Shown here: positions 28,902-37,905 of the stretch, in pieces | How the letters are laid out: each line of letters begins with the position of its first letter | How positions within the stretch are numbered: the first letter of the stretch is position 1 | Source: Chitinophaga pinensis | Lineage (GTDB): Bacteria > Bacteroidota > Bacteroidia > Bacteroidales > GCA-2748055 | Assembly (NCBI GenBank): GCA_945863035.1 | Contig: CAMAZH010000005.1 | Location: forward strand, 6,655-70,654 | Direction of reading: 5' to 3' | DNA length: 64,000 nt | The notes under the pieces: model-generated | Told to the model about the DNA's origin: nothing | Seen by the model: the letters and a program-made list of their open reading frames with translations, nothing else | Databases searched by the model: none | Position numbers and translations under genes: made by a program

Positions 28902-30368
28902 ATGGAAAAAAAAGCAATCGTAATCGGTGCTGGTTTGGGCGGAATTGCTGTAGCAATCCGGCTTGCATTGAAAGGATACAAGGTTCGGGTTTTTGAAGCA
29001 TCGGATGGTCCGGGCGGGAAGCTGAACAGTTTCAGTCTGGGCGATTACCGCTTTGACTGGGGGCCGTCGCTTTTCACGATGCCGGACCATGTGCTGGATT
29101 TGTTTCGTGCGGCAGGCCGGAATCCTGAGGACTATTTCAGGTATGCCCAGGTTCCTTTAGCTTGCAGGTACTTTTTCGAAGATGGCACGAAAATCAATGC
29201 TTATACAAAACGAGTTAACTACACCGCCGAAATCAAACAGAAACTTGGGGTGGAGGAGAAGGTCACGAATCGTTACATTAACCATTCCATATGGCTTCAC
29301 AAGATGTTATCGCCGGTGTTTCTGGAAAAATCGCTGCACAGAACAGGGTCGTTTCTTTCATGGAAAACGGTTCGCGCAGCAGTATTTTTCCCGAAAATGG
29401 ATATTTTCACCAGCATGAATGAAGCGAATGAAAGACGCTTACGACATCCGAAGTTGGTTCAGATGTTCAACCGGATGGCAACCTATAACGGATCGAGCCC
29501 ATACAAAGCCCCGGGAATCCTTAACATCATAAGCAGTCTGGAGCATGATTCCGGCGTTTTCTTCCCGGAGGGTGGAATGTACTCCATAACAAAAAGTCTT
29601 GTGAAACTGGCCAGCGATCTGGGGGTTGAGTTCAACTATAAGGAAAGGGTAAACGAAATTCTTCACAAGGACAAGAAAATCACGGGAGTTGAAACAGAGC
29701 GTGGAATAATCCATTCAGATCTCGTGATAAGCAATATGGATATAATCCCGACCTATAAGTGCCTGTTGCCGGGGGTGAAGTCGCCCGACAAAACGTTAAA
29801 GCAGAAGCGTAGCAGTTCGGCGTTGGTTTTTTACTGGGGGATTAACAGAGAATTCCCCGAGCTGGATCTCCACAATATATTTTTCAGTGAGGATTACAGA
29901 AAAGAATTCGAATATTTGTTTGAGAAGTTCGATATAACCGACGATCCGACGGTGTATGTGAATATCTCATCGAAACAAAATCCCGGTGATGCGCCTATCG
30001 GCCATGAAAACTGGTTTGTGATGATCAACGCACCCCAGTATGCAGGACAGGATTGGGATTTAATCACCTACCGCACGCGTGAAAAAGTCATTGCCAAATT
30101 AAGCAGGATTTTGAATACTGATTTCTCAAAACTTATTGCAAAAGAATATATTCTCGATCCCTCTGAAATTGAGTTGAAAACTTCGTCGTATCGCGGCTCA
30201 CTATATGGGACCAACAGCAATTCGAAGTTCGCGGCCTTTTTAAGGCATCCCAACTTTACGGGAAAAATAAAAGGCTTGTATTTCGTGGGAGGTAGCGTTC
30301 ATCCCGGGGGCGGAATCCCACTGGTTTTGCAATCGGCAAAAATATGCGCCGGAATTATTCCCTCGTGA
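28902..30368 (+). CDS. Phytoene desaturase (CrtI/CrtD) family FAD-dependent oxidoreductase
   Basis: 488 aa. The N-terminal dinucleotide fold is KKAIVIGAGLGGIAVAIRLALKGYKVRVFEASDGPGGK. The C-terminus is GLYFVGGSVHPGGGIP. No other carotenoid genes are in the window. Confidence 0.75.
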   Translation: MEKKAIVIGAGLGGIAVAIRLALKGYKVRVFEASDGPGGKLNSFSLGDYRFDWGPSLFTMPDHVLDLFRAAGRNPEDYFRYAQVPLACRYFFEDGTKINAYTKRVNYTAEIKQKLGVEEKVTNRYINHSIWLHKMLSPVFLEKSLHRTGSFLSWKTVRAAVFFPKMDIFTSMNEANERRLRHPKLVQMFNRMATYNGSSPYKAPGILNIISSLEHDSGVFFPEGGMYSITKSLVKLASDLGVEFNYKERVNEILHKDKKITGVETERGIIHSDLVISNMDIIPTYKCLLPGVKSPDKTLKQKRSSSALVFYWGINREFPELDLHNIFFSEDYRKEFEYLFEKFDITDDPTVYVNISSKQNPGDAPIGHENWFVMINAPQYAGQDWDLITYRTREKVIAKLSRILNTDFSKLIAKEYILDPSEIELKTSSYRGSLYGTNSNSKFAAFLRHPNFTGKIKGLYFVGGSVHPGGGIPLVLQSAKICAGIIPS

Positions 30369-31482
30369 GAATCATTCTGCGTACCAGCTGAAGCTCATCG
30401 GTTTTCAGGCGGACAAAATACGATCCGTTAGCAAGGGATTCATTTCCCCACCGACAACTATGTTTGCCGGGCTGAGCGTCAAAATCGGCCAAGGTAATCA
30501 AGGTTCGGCCCAGCGTATCGATTATATCAAGCTTCACCCTGGTCGGTTTGTCCAGAGAGTACCTTATTTCAGCATTCGATGAAGCGGGATTAGGAAAAAC
30601 ATGATCCAGTTCGACTCCCCCGAGAGCAGAAACAGAAGTCACATCGTTGTAATAAAACCCACCTGAAATAAGTGGGCGGCCTGCTTTAACCCAAGCTGTG
30701 TAAAACAATTCAGCTATACTATGGGAAGCTTCCTCGAAGAGTAAAACCGTAAATTTTCCGGTTTTTTCCCATAATGCTGCCTTATATGCTGAAGAGGTGG
30801 TAACAGATGAAACAGACCTCGCATAATCATCTGCTGTCAGAACTGAATCCACATAGGGATAATTCCGATAAATGTAATTAAAGACATAGTCGCTTACATT
30901 ATCCACTACATCCAAAGAATCGCCCTCATAATCGATTTGAGCCGCATAAACACTCAGCATACTTGTTTCGTACAGTGAATGAATTCCGTCATTTCCAGTA
31001 AGTTTGCCATCATAGTTGTTTGTGATATGCATGGGCATGAATCCGTCTGCCACATAATGACCAAGGTCTGCCGCAAAAACTTTAGCTTTGGCCCAGTCGC
31101 GGCGCTCAAAACAGGTTTTGAGTGAGTCGTAGGTTGCAACCGTGGCCCAGGGAAGCGTGCCATTTCCGATTACAAAATCATAGTTGTGAAGAGCGACCAC
31201 ATCGAACCAGCTCTGGGCGATTTTTCCATCGCTTACAAATTCCGGGTAGTTGTCGATATCAAGGTAATGCTTGGGTCCCTCATATGGGTCGTTGCTTCTT
31301 CTGTAATCAGGATCGGACGCATGATCAACAAGGAAGGATTTCCAGTCGTTAAACTGGCTCATCTCCTCATTAAAAGAGAGAAAGGCATATGCACTGATGA
31401 TTTTGTGTCCCTGATTTCCCCAGCTGATTAGAATAAGTGATAAAGCAATCACCCCAGCTGTCAATAAAGTGTATTTTCTCAA
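30355..31482 (-). CDS. Secreted S1/P1 nuclease / zinc phospholipase C superfamily protein with T9SS C-terminal sorting domain
   Basis: The mature N-terminus is WGNQGHKII (WGxxGH). Metal ligand-like motifs are DLGHYVADGFMPMHITNNYDG and GIHSLYE. The C-terminal ~80 aa, FPNPASSNAEIRYSL...GSYFVRLKTD, is a T9SS type-A CTD. There is a 14-nt convergent overlap with the crtI-like gene. Confidence 0.65.
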   Translation of the reverse strand: MRKYTLLTAGVIALSLILISWGNQGHKIISAYAFLSFNEEMSQFNDWKSFLVDHASDPDYRRSNDPYEGPKHYLDIDNYPEFVSDGKIAQSWFDVVALHNYDFVIGNGTLPWATVATYDSLKTCFERRDWAKAKVFAADLGHYVADGFMPMHITNNYDGKLTGNDGIHSLYETSMLSVYAAQIDYEGDSLDVVDNVSDYVFNYIYRNYPYVDSVLTADDYARSVSSVTTSSAYKAALWEKTGKFTVLLFEEASHSIAELFYTAWVKAGRPLISGGFYYNDVTSVSALGGVELDHVFPNPASSNAEIRYSLDKPTRVKLDIIDTLGRTLITLADFDAQPGKHSCRWGNESLANGSYFVRLKTDELQLVRRMILTRE

Positions 31483-31609
31483 TGTGGTCCGTTTGTTTTC
31501 GGGTTAGAGCTTGTAAAGCTAAAAATATAAATCGGTGAGCGCTCGCTACAGCGAAAAAAAAGTGGCAGGGTGTCGGGAGATTTGACAGGCATAGCTCAGG
31601 TGAGGAATA

Positions 31610-31657
31610 AAGGCACGAGGTTTCACATTGCAAATCCATTGCGAAACTTCGTGCCTT
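31610..31657 (-). terminator. Long hairpin downstream of the last gene of the 31.7-48.7 kb array (terminator-like)
   Basis: AAGGCACGAGGTTTC...GAAACTTCGTGCCTT forms a 15-bp stem with one G:U or mismatch. It lies 45 nt past the stop at 31702. Only a weak U-tract follows on the minus strand. Confidence 0.5.
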
Positions 31658-31701
31658 GCAGTCCTTATGTTAGTTTATACCAACCACAGACCAAGCGAAG
31701 T

Positions 31702-32937
31702 TTATGAGATGAACTTATTTGGAAAAATCAAAGTAGCCAAAAATCCGAAGATTCCGGTAACGGCGATTATTGCAAGATCCGGTATTTGATTCTTCACATT
31801 CTGTTTTCTGCGTTTAATCAGGAAAATTGCAAAGCCAACCCAGATCATGTTCAGGAAAACCCAGATAAATCCTGGTGAAACGCGCAAGGCAAACCTGATA
31901 TATCCGGTATTCTTATCTTTTGCAATAAATTCGGCAGGGAATAGCCATGAGAAAATCTTCCCTTCGGTCCGCTCAAAAAGTGAAGGCCATTCCTCCGAAT
32001 ATTTGTCAACCGGCTCATACATGTCATCCATAACAAATACCTCAACCCGGTTATCGGAAGTCACGGCCACAGTACGGTTGAAAATATCTCCCTGTATGCG
32101 CAGCTCATCCTTTTTCGGGTCAAAACCCTCGATCGGAAGTTCAACGAGATCGTAAGCTTCTTGCGTAAGGATATAGACCTGGTTCGCAGCAGAATAAACA
32201 AAGCAATAAAACTCACGGTTTCTGACTTCGGTGCATTCGATAAAGCTGATCCGGAAATTCTCAGGGGTCTCAACTCTTACAACAAAAGGCTCCCCTTTTA
32301 CCATCTTAATATGGAACAGTCCGTTGTTGCTGTCGGTAATAAAATAGCCGTCGTCCCGGGCCTTGCGGGTTGTTGGAAGTCCTGCAATGAGATTCCCCGG
32401 GAACACAAAGTCCTCTTCTGCAAGCGCTTCGGTAAAAAGCTCACTTTTCTCATTGTTGAGTTTATTGGAACGGGCATCAATGAATTCCACGCGCTTGCCG
32501 ATCCGGAAGAAATCCTGAGGCATTTCAAGGTTAACCCTGCCGCTTTCCGATTCGAACATCGGATATAGTTTTGGCTCCGGATAATACCGGCTTTTGGGCT
32601 GATACCTGTAAAAGAAACTGCTCTGGAAAAGGGAATGCGGATCCATTTCAACCCCGTTAATAGTATCGTGCATGGTGCCGTTTGACATCAGCTGGCGAAA
32701 ATAGGTCATGGGCAGTAATTGCTCATATTCTTCCCTGGAGTAGATCGTCCCTTTGGTGTCGGTACGGATAGGATCATCGCCCGGCTTTAGAATCATGAAA
32801 TCGTTGTTAATACAACTGTACATTACATTAGGTGCTTTCGGAGCCTTTTCGAAAGCTATCCAATACAACTTTGGAATTGCTACAGAACCCGCTAGTATTG
32901 CAATTGCCACTAAAAAATATCTGCTTAATTTTACCAT
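31702..32937 (-). CDS. Bitopic membrane accessory protein of the adjacent ABC-2 transporter (DUF4857-like)
   Basis: 411 aa. It has an N-terminal TM helix (YFLVAIAILAGSVAI), a ~330-aa extracytoplasmic domain and two C-terminal TM helices. It starts 1 nt after the upstream permease gene. The DUF4857 assignment is from memory. Confidence 0.5.
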   Translation of the reverse strand: MVKLSRYFLVAIAILAGSVAIPKLYWIAFEKAPKAPNVMYSCINNDFMILKPGDDPIRTDTKGTIYSREEYEQLLPMTYFRQLMSNGTMHDTINGVEMDPHSLFQSSFFYRYQPKSRYYPEPKLYPMFESESGRVNLEMPQDFFRIGKRVEFIDARSNKLNNEKSELFTEALAEEDFVFPGNLIAGLPTTRKARDDGYFITDSNNGLFHIKMVKGEPFVVRVETPENFRISFIECTEVRNREFYCFVYSAANQVYILTQEAYDLVELPIEGFDPKKDELRIQGDIFNRTVAVTSDNRVEVFVMDDMYEPVDKYSEEWPSLFERTEGKIFSWLFPAEFIAKDKNTGYIRFALRVSPGFIWVFLNMIWVGFAIFLIKRRKQNVKNQIPDLAIIAVTGIFGFLATLIFPNKFIS

Positions 32938-32938
32938 T

Positions 32939-33607
32939 TTACATTTCTCCTTTCCTGAATCTGTAACCTGAAAACAATATTGAAATACTTGCCATCATCG
33001 CACTGATGAATAGCGGCAACATAGCGTGAGCATATGCGGCCTGTTCTGCCCGGATATAAAACAAAGTGATGAAACCAAACGCAACCAGGGCATAGAAGAT
33101 TCTGAATTTCCATATAGGCTCCAGTATTATGGTGGATACCATGAAATAACCTACCAATCCGCTAATGATCCATGGCAAGACAGTAAGCACAGCAGCCACG
33201 GTCATTTCTATAGGGAAATAGTACCGACAACCTGCAAAAAACAAGAGGAAAAGCAAGAGGTAGACAGCAACAAGAACAGCAGTGCCAAATAGATGCATCT
33301 GCAGCAAAATTTTGTTTTCTTCCACCGGTAAATGGAAAGTCAATTTCATCCTTTTATCCACTGTTTCGGGAAAATATTGCGACAATGCAAGGGCTATCCC
33401 GATGATGATGGGGATAAACTTCAGCAGGGTAAAAAAGTTATACTTCATAAAAAGGATCGAATACCAAAAGTTATTAGCGTCGGTTGTGCGAATATCATGG
33501 CTTACTTTCAGAAAAACAAAACCGCAAACCAGCAGAACCACGACAATCGAAAAAATGGCTGTCCATCGAATTTTTAGCCACTCCTTATAAATAATAGATT
33601 TCCACAT
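32939..33607 (-). CDS. ABC-2-type transporter permease (6 TM)
   Basis: 222 aa. The N-terminus IYKEWLKIRW and the loop PETVDKRMKLTFHLPVEEN resemble the E-x-GT-xE-LL-xP signature region of ABC-2 permeases such as GldF and NosY. Confidence 0.55.
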   Translation of the reverse strand: MWKSIIYKEWLKIRWTAIFSIVVVLLVCGFVFLKVSHDIRTTDANNFWYSILFMKYNFFTLLKFIPIIIGIALALSQYFPETVDKRMKLTFHLPVEENKILLQMHLFGTAVLVAVYLLLFLLFFAGCRYYFPIEMTVAAVLTVLPWIISGLVGYFMVSTIILEPIWKFRIFYALVAFGFITLFYIRAEQAAYAHAMLPLFISAMMASISILFSGYRFRKGEM

Positions 33608-33624
33608 AATTGTTTTTTTAAATG

Positions 33625-34509
33625 TTAGTATTTTCCGGTTAGCCCGATGAATGCATCTTCCAACGACATTGTCACCTCGGTGAAGCCTGTATAGTTAATC
33701 TGGGAACCCGACAGGTACTGCTTAAGGTTTTCTTCGCTCGCATACGTATAACACTCCACCTTGTCGTGGATTTGTTCGACATTCCAAATCAGCTCGTTTT
33801 TCGGGATTACAGCTTGTGGATTATCCAGGGTAAACCTGAACTGTTTGAAGTTTTTCATAAACTCGCTTATTGGCTGTTGGGCCAGTATACGGTTGTAGTC
33901 CATAATCAGTACATCGTCGATTAACCGCTCCATGTCCTGAATGATATGAGAGGTAGTGAAAATGGTTTTCTTTTCAGCTTTGGCATATTCTCTCAGGTAA
34001 TCGATAAACAGCCTGCGGTAGCCGGGATCCAGACCCATGGAGAAGTCATCCAGGATCAGTAAATCGGGATCCTGGGCCAGAATCAGACCCAATGCCACCT
34101 GCGAACGCTGACCGCATGACATGGTTGAAATTTTCTGCAAGGGCTGAACTTTCAGCTTTGCCATCAATTCCCAATAAGGCTCACGTTTCCAGTTCGGATA
34201 CATTCCCGAATAGAATTTCTCGATCTGGGTGATATTCATAAAGGCATACTGGATGTGTCCCTCGATAAGGAATCCTATCCGGGCTTTGTTTGCCGGTGTG
34301 AGGTGTTGAGAATCCTCCCCGTAAATATAGCAGTTCCCGCTGTGTGGCTGCAGAAATCCATTAAGAATGTTAATGGTGGTTGATTTCCCTGCACCATTCT
34401 TTCCAAGGAGGCCTAAAATACTACCCTCCCCGACATGGAAACTGAGGTTTTCATAAACCAGTTTCTTGCCGTAATAATGGGTTAAATTTTTACATTCTAT
34501 TGCATACAT
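33625..34509 (-). CDS. ABC transporter ATP-binding protein (ABC-2 subfamily-like)
   Basis: Walker A is GLLGKNGAGKST. The signature variant is MSCGQRSQV. Walker B is LLILDDFSMGLD. Confidence 0.9.
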   Translation of the reverse strand: MYAIECKNLTHYYGKKLVYENLSFHVGEGSILGLLGKNGAGKSTTINILNGFLQPHSGNCYIYGEDSQHLTPANKARIGFLIEGHIQYAFMNITQIEKFYSGMYPNWKREPYWELMAKLKVQPLQKISTMSCGQRSQVALGLILAQDPDLLILDDFSMGLDPGYRRLFIDYLREYAKAEKKTIFTTSHIIQDMERLIDDVLIMDYNRILAQQPISEFMKNFKQFRFTLDNPQAVIPKNELIWNVEQIHDKVECYTYASEENLKQYLSGSQINYTGFTEVTMSLEDAFIGLTGKY

Positions 34510-34613
34510 ATTTGCTTTATTATAGGTTTCGTAATGAATTCAAGGCTGCAGTTTCCCAAACCGCCAATTCTTCAACGGCAGGGAAAACCATTCTAATATA
34601 TTGATTTACAGTT

Positions 34614-36335
34614 CTATCTGTTAATAATTAGTTTTTGGGTTACTACTTCACCTTTTAGTGTTTTACACTTAACAAGGTAAAATCCCTCGGGAACGTCAAG
34701 GATTGGGATTTCGGGGGATGAAAGGAACTTTCGGGTTACAAGCCTTCCGCTCATATCAAAAATATCAACCGAACGTATATCGGGCTCGGTCAGGGTTATC
34801 GATCTGCTTGCCGGATTAGGGTAAAAGAAGGGCTTCCCTGTATCGGCTGTTTTTACGGAATTGGGTTCAATAACGGTGGTTGTGTCGATATCCCCCGGGT
34901 AAATCATGGCTATCCAGATATTTTTGCCTTCCTGTGGATCGTCGAAATTCTCCCCGGTATAAAAGGAGAGAGCTCCTTCGTAAGAGCCACACACAAGAAG
35001 TTCGTGATCAGAACCCATGGTCATTCCCCAGCCGTAAAAATGACTCCGGTTGGTACCATCGTTATAAAACGCGCTGGCTTTTCTTCCCCACAGGTAGCTT
35101 CCATCCATGTCGTGCCGGATGATCAGTCCTGCGTTTCCGTCCGCATCTATAGAGAACTTGTCAGGTCCAAAAACTGTTTCGGGGTCCAGAAAATATGCGG
35201 AAGTGTAAATTTCCCCGTCGGGAGCAATGGCAATATCGTGAGCGCCTTCATTTTCCAGGCCTCCCTGCATATTTCCCCACTGCAGGTTTCCTGCCGGTGA
35301 GTATTTGCAAAGCAGGTAATCGTATTTAGCCCCGTTCAATTCCAGTTTCTGCAGGTTGCCATCGATGCTGTTAAGCTGAGTCTGTCCCTGAACGAGGGCT
35401 CCGCAATATATGTTATCATCGGAATCAAGTGAAAGTGTGTACGACATTTCAGAGCCGGCTGAGCCGATGCGGTTTACCCAGACAACGCTTCCGTTGGTTT
35501 CATTCAGTCGTGTCAGGTAAATGTCATCGTTTCCGGCAGGATTTCCCAGGGGAGTAAGACCAGCCACTCCCTGGATGGTTATGAACGGAGTTGCGGATAC
35601 CATGCTGGCTGTAAAAGGAACAAATATGCCACCGTTTTTTCCTGCTTTGATATCCCTGGCAAATGATGCCTTCCCGTTTACTTTTGTTATCCAGTTTACC
35701 TCTCCTTCCGATGACAAGGAAACAACAACAGCGTAATTGAAAGTGGTCGAAGCGTTCGGATAGTCGTTTTTCACCTCAACCCCAGCAATTGTGATTGTGT
35801 TGGAAGGACGCAATGTTGCAACAATATTGTTGCCCGATACAGCCAGTTTTTCAAGCTGATCACCGGCAGGCCCCGTAAATCCCTTTACCCACAGGTACTC
35901 TCCGGAGCTGTTAAGTTTGGCAATAAACGCGTCGCCCAGTTCATCCTCATGGGGATAAACTGTTAATGCGCCGAAGCTTGTGGTATCGGAATACCGGCCT
36001 CCCACATATACATTGTTTTCGGCATCCACGGCCAATCCGAATGCGGTTGTTTTTGATCCTGAAATGGAACTTGCAGTAGAAACCCAAAGGACTTCGCCTT
36101 TCTGTGAGAGTTTCATTACAAACATATCAAGACTCGATGTTTCAAGGTGCACCGGCCCAAAATCGGCGGTATCACGTACATTTCCGCAAACCAGTAATCC
36201 TCCGTCGGGTGATGCTACACAATCGTAAGCCTCATCGTCACCGGCACCGCCAAAAGTCAGCAGCCAGCTGGTTTCCTGTCCATATAGCTCAAGGCCGGAA
36301 AACAGGAAAAGAAGTATGAATATTTTGTGGATCAT
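34614..36335 (-). CDS. Secreted beta-propeller-repeat (SBBP-like) protein with T9SS C-terminal sorting domain
   Basis: 573 aa with a signal peptide. It has repeated FGG.G.D...D..G..YV.G-type segments. The CTD is FFYPNPASRSITL...GFYLVKCKT...KLIINR. Confidence 0.6.
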   Translation of the reverse strand: MIHKIFILLFLFSGLELYGQETSWLLTFGGAGDDEAYDCVASPDGGLLVCGNVRDTADFGPVHLETSSLDMFVMKLSQKGEVLWVSTASSISGSKTTAFGLAVDAENNVYVGGRYSDTTSFGALTVYPHEDELGDAFIAKLNSSGEYLWVKGFTGPAGDQLEKLAVSGNNIVATLRPSNTITIAGVEVKNDYPNASTTFNYAVVVSLSSEGEVNWITKVNGKASFARDIKAGKNGGIFVPFTASMVSATPFITIQGVAGLTPLGNPAGNDDIYLTRLNETNGSVVWVNRIGSAGSEMSYTLSLDSDDNIYCGALVQGQTQLNSIDGNLQKLELNGAKYDYLLCKYSPAGNLQWGNMQGGLENEGAHDIAIAPDGEIYTSAYFLDPETVFGPDKFSIDADGNAGLIIRHDMDGSYLWGRKASAFYNDGTNRSHFYGWGMTMGSDHELLVCGSYEGALSFYTGENFDDPQEGKNIWIAMIYPGDIDTTTVIEPNSVKTADTGKPFFYPNPASRSITLTEPDIRSVDIFDMSGRLVTRKFLSSPEIPILDVPEGFYLVKCKTLKGEVVTQKLIINR

Positions 36336-36363
36336 TATGTTGTGTATATTGGTTTTTCATTTG

Positions 36364-37905
36364 TTAAAACAGCATTCCAAAACTGCATTCCGCATTCCAT
36401 AGCGACTTGAAAGCCTTACCGGGAATCAGCCATCCTGAACTTGCTTTTAAGTAAAGTCTCTGCTGTTTCAAGGGAGGAAAATAAATCTCCAATTGGGCCT
36501 GTTCGGTCAAATATGATTTTGAGAGAATGTTGAAATCGTGAATAACAACCGGGCTGGTAATTTCGGTTCTTGCGGGTATGAAAGGTGTTGTGGGAGAGAT
36601 ATTGAGTTTACTCCCATTATCGAAAAATCCACCGGTAGTAAAAATAAGCCCTGCACTCCAACCTCCAGCCAGATCTTTGGTGTAATGGGCATGCATTTCC
36701 CCTCCCCACATAGCAATAAGCTGGGTTGCATAGAAAAAGTTCTCGGCAGAATGATGAAGCGAACCCAATTGCATCCCAATACTTTTTTGGGTGTGCCCCT
36801 CTTGTCCAAAATACATTTCTCCTGTCACACTCAAATCAATATTCCGGCTTTGGTATTCAACCTGTTCATTTTCATATAGGTACGACTTGGAATTTTTATT
36901 AATCCCTGTAAAACCCAATACAATAGTTTTCTGTCTCATCCGCAGTTTGGTTCCGGCATAAACTCTCCAATAATGTTCTTCAAAGGCAGCATCGCGGATG
37001 GCTGTGGAGGTGAATACCTTTGTGGCATCGTCCATGTTGGATGCATAAGGGGATTGCGTGGCATCTTCGAACGTATTCAGGTATTCAAGTTCCGCAAACC
37101 ATTTGCTGTAACAGGTTTGACGACCTGCCTGTATAGCCCCGCCCAACTGCAATGCATCAAACCTATAACTCAGAGTGGACTTCACAAGGGGACTGCCATA
37201 CTGCATCAGTCCATTGACTTTAAAAATCGCATTCCCCCCTACCCCATACTTGTTCATTACATCGATATCTTCCCTCTTGCTTCCAATTATTGCTGTGATT
37301 CCTGTAAACCAGCCATTTTGGCTTTTCCAGGTAACCGAAGGGTATATCCTCAGATTCATCCACAAACTTTGAGGCCGGGGGTCGTTGTCGCGGCCACCAA
37401 GTCCAACATGGTATTCTGTTTTCAGTCCTGCATGAAAACCGTGAAAAGAATTGATCGAAGCAATGCTGAATGATGTTTTAAAGCGATCCTTTAGCCAATC
37501 CCCCCCAATTGAATCGGCGATATAAAAGGGATTTGTCTCTGAAGGGTCGAACCGCATGTACCAGTCGGCATTTTTCTCATAGGCGCGATCGTAGTCGAAG
37601 CTTCCGGAGAGTATGGCCTTACCTGTTTTTTTAATTCCGAAAGTCCGGAACCCGATAAGATTGCTCAGATCAGCTTCGGCAGCCCGGTTAAAGTCGCCGT
37701 CGGTATGATGGTAGAAGAACTCAAAGCGACGGATTTCCGGCAAGGAGTCGATGCAAAGCCCGACAGCATTGCAGGTATTGAGCCAGAGTGTACCGCTCAT
37801 CTGCTCTTCCTGGTCAAGAAGGTGCATGCACGCTGACCCGCCGTTCTGCGATTTCGCTGACGCAGCAAGCATTATTACAAGCAGTATGGTAACTATTCTT
37901 TTCAT
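36364..37905 (-). CDS. Predicted outer-membrane beta-barrel protein of unknown function (DUF6850-like)
   Basis: 513 aa with a signal peptide. It shows alternating hydrophobic/polar beta-strand periodicity and is rich in aromatic and Gly residues. The C-terminus ends ...FGMLF with a terminal Phe. It abuts the upstream lipoprotein gene with a 0-nt gap. The family name is from memory. Confidence 0.45.
   Translation of the reverse strand: MKRIVTILLVIMLAASAKSQNGGSACMHLLDQEEQMSGTLWLNTCNAVGLCIDSLPEIRRFEFFYHHTDGDFNRAAEADLSNLIGFRTFGIKKTGKAILSGSFDYDRAYEKNADWYMRFDPSETNPFYIADSIGGDWLKDRFKTSFSIASINSFHGFHAGLKTEYHVGLGGRDNDPRPQSLWMNLRIYPSVTWKSQNGWFTGITAIIGSKREDIDVMNKYGVGGNAIFKVNGLMQYGSPLVKSTLSYRFDALQLGGAIQAGRQTCYSKWFAELEYLNTFEDATQSPYASNMDDATKVFTSTAIRDAAFEEHYWRVYAGTKLRMRQKTIVLGFTGINKNSKSYLYENEQVEYQSRNIDLSVTGEMYFGQEGHTQKSIGMQLGSLHHSAENFFYATQLIAMWGGEMHAHYTKDLAGGWSAGLIFTTGGFFDNGSKLNISPTTPFIPARTEITSPVVIHDFNILSKSYLTEQAQLEIYFPPLKQQRLYLKASSGWLIPGKAFKSLWNAECSFGMLF

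Noticed and set aside
31585-31660. A tRNA-like D-arm string (GCATAGCTCAGGTGAGG) in the intergenic region after the DUF4857-like gene.
   Set aside because: No acceptor stem, anticodon arm or GTTCxAxxC T-loop can be assembled around it. The adjacent sequence instead forms a single long hairpin consistent with a terminator.
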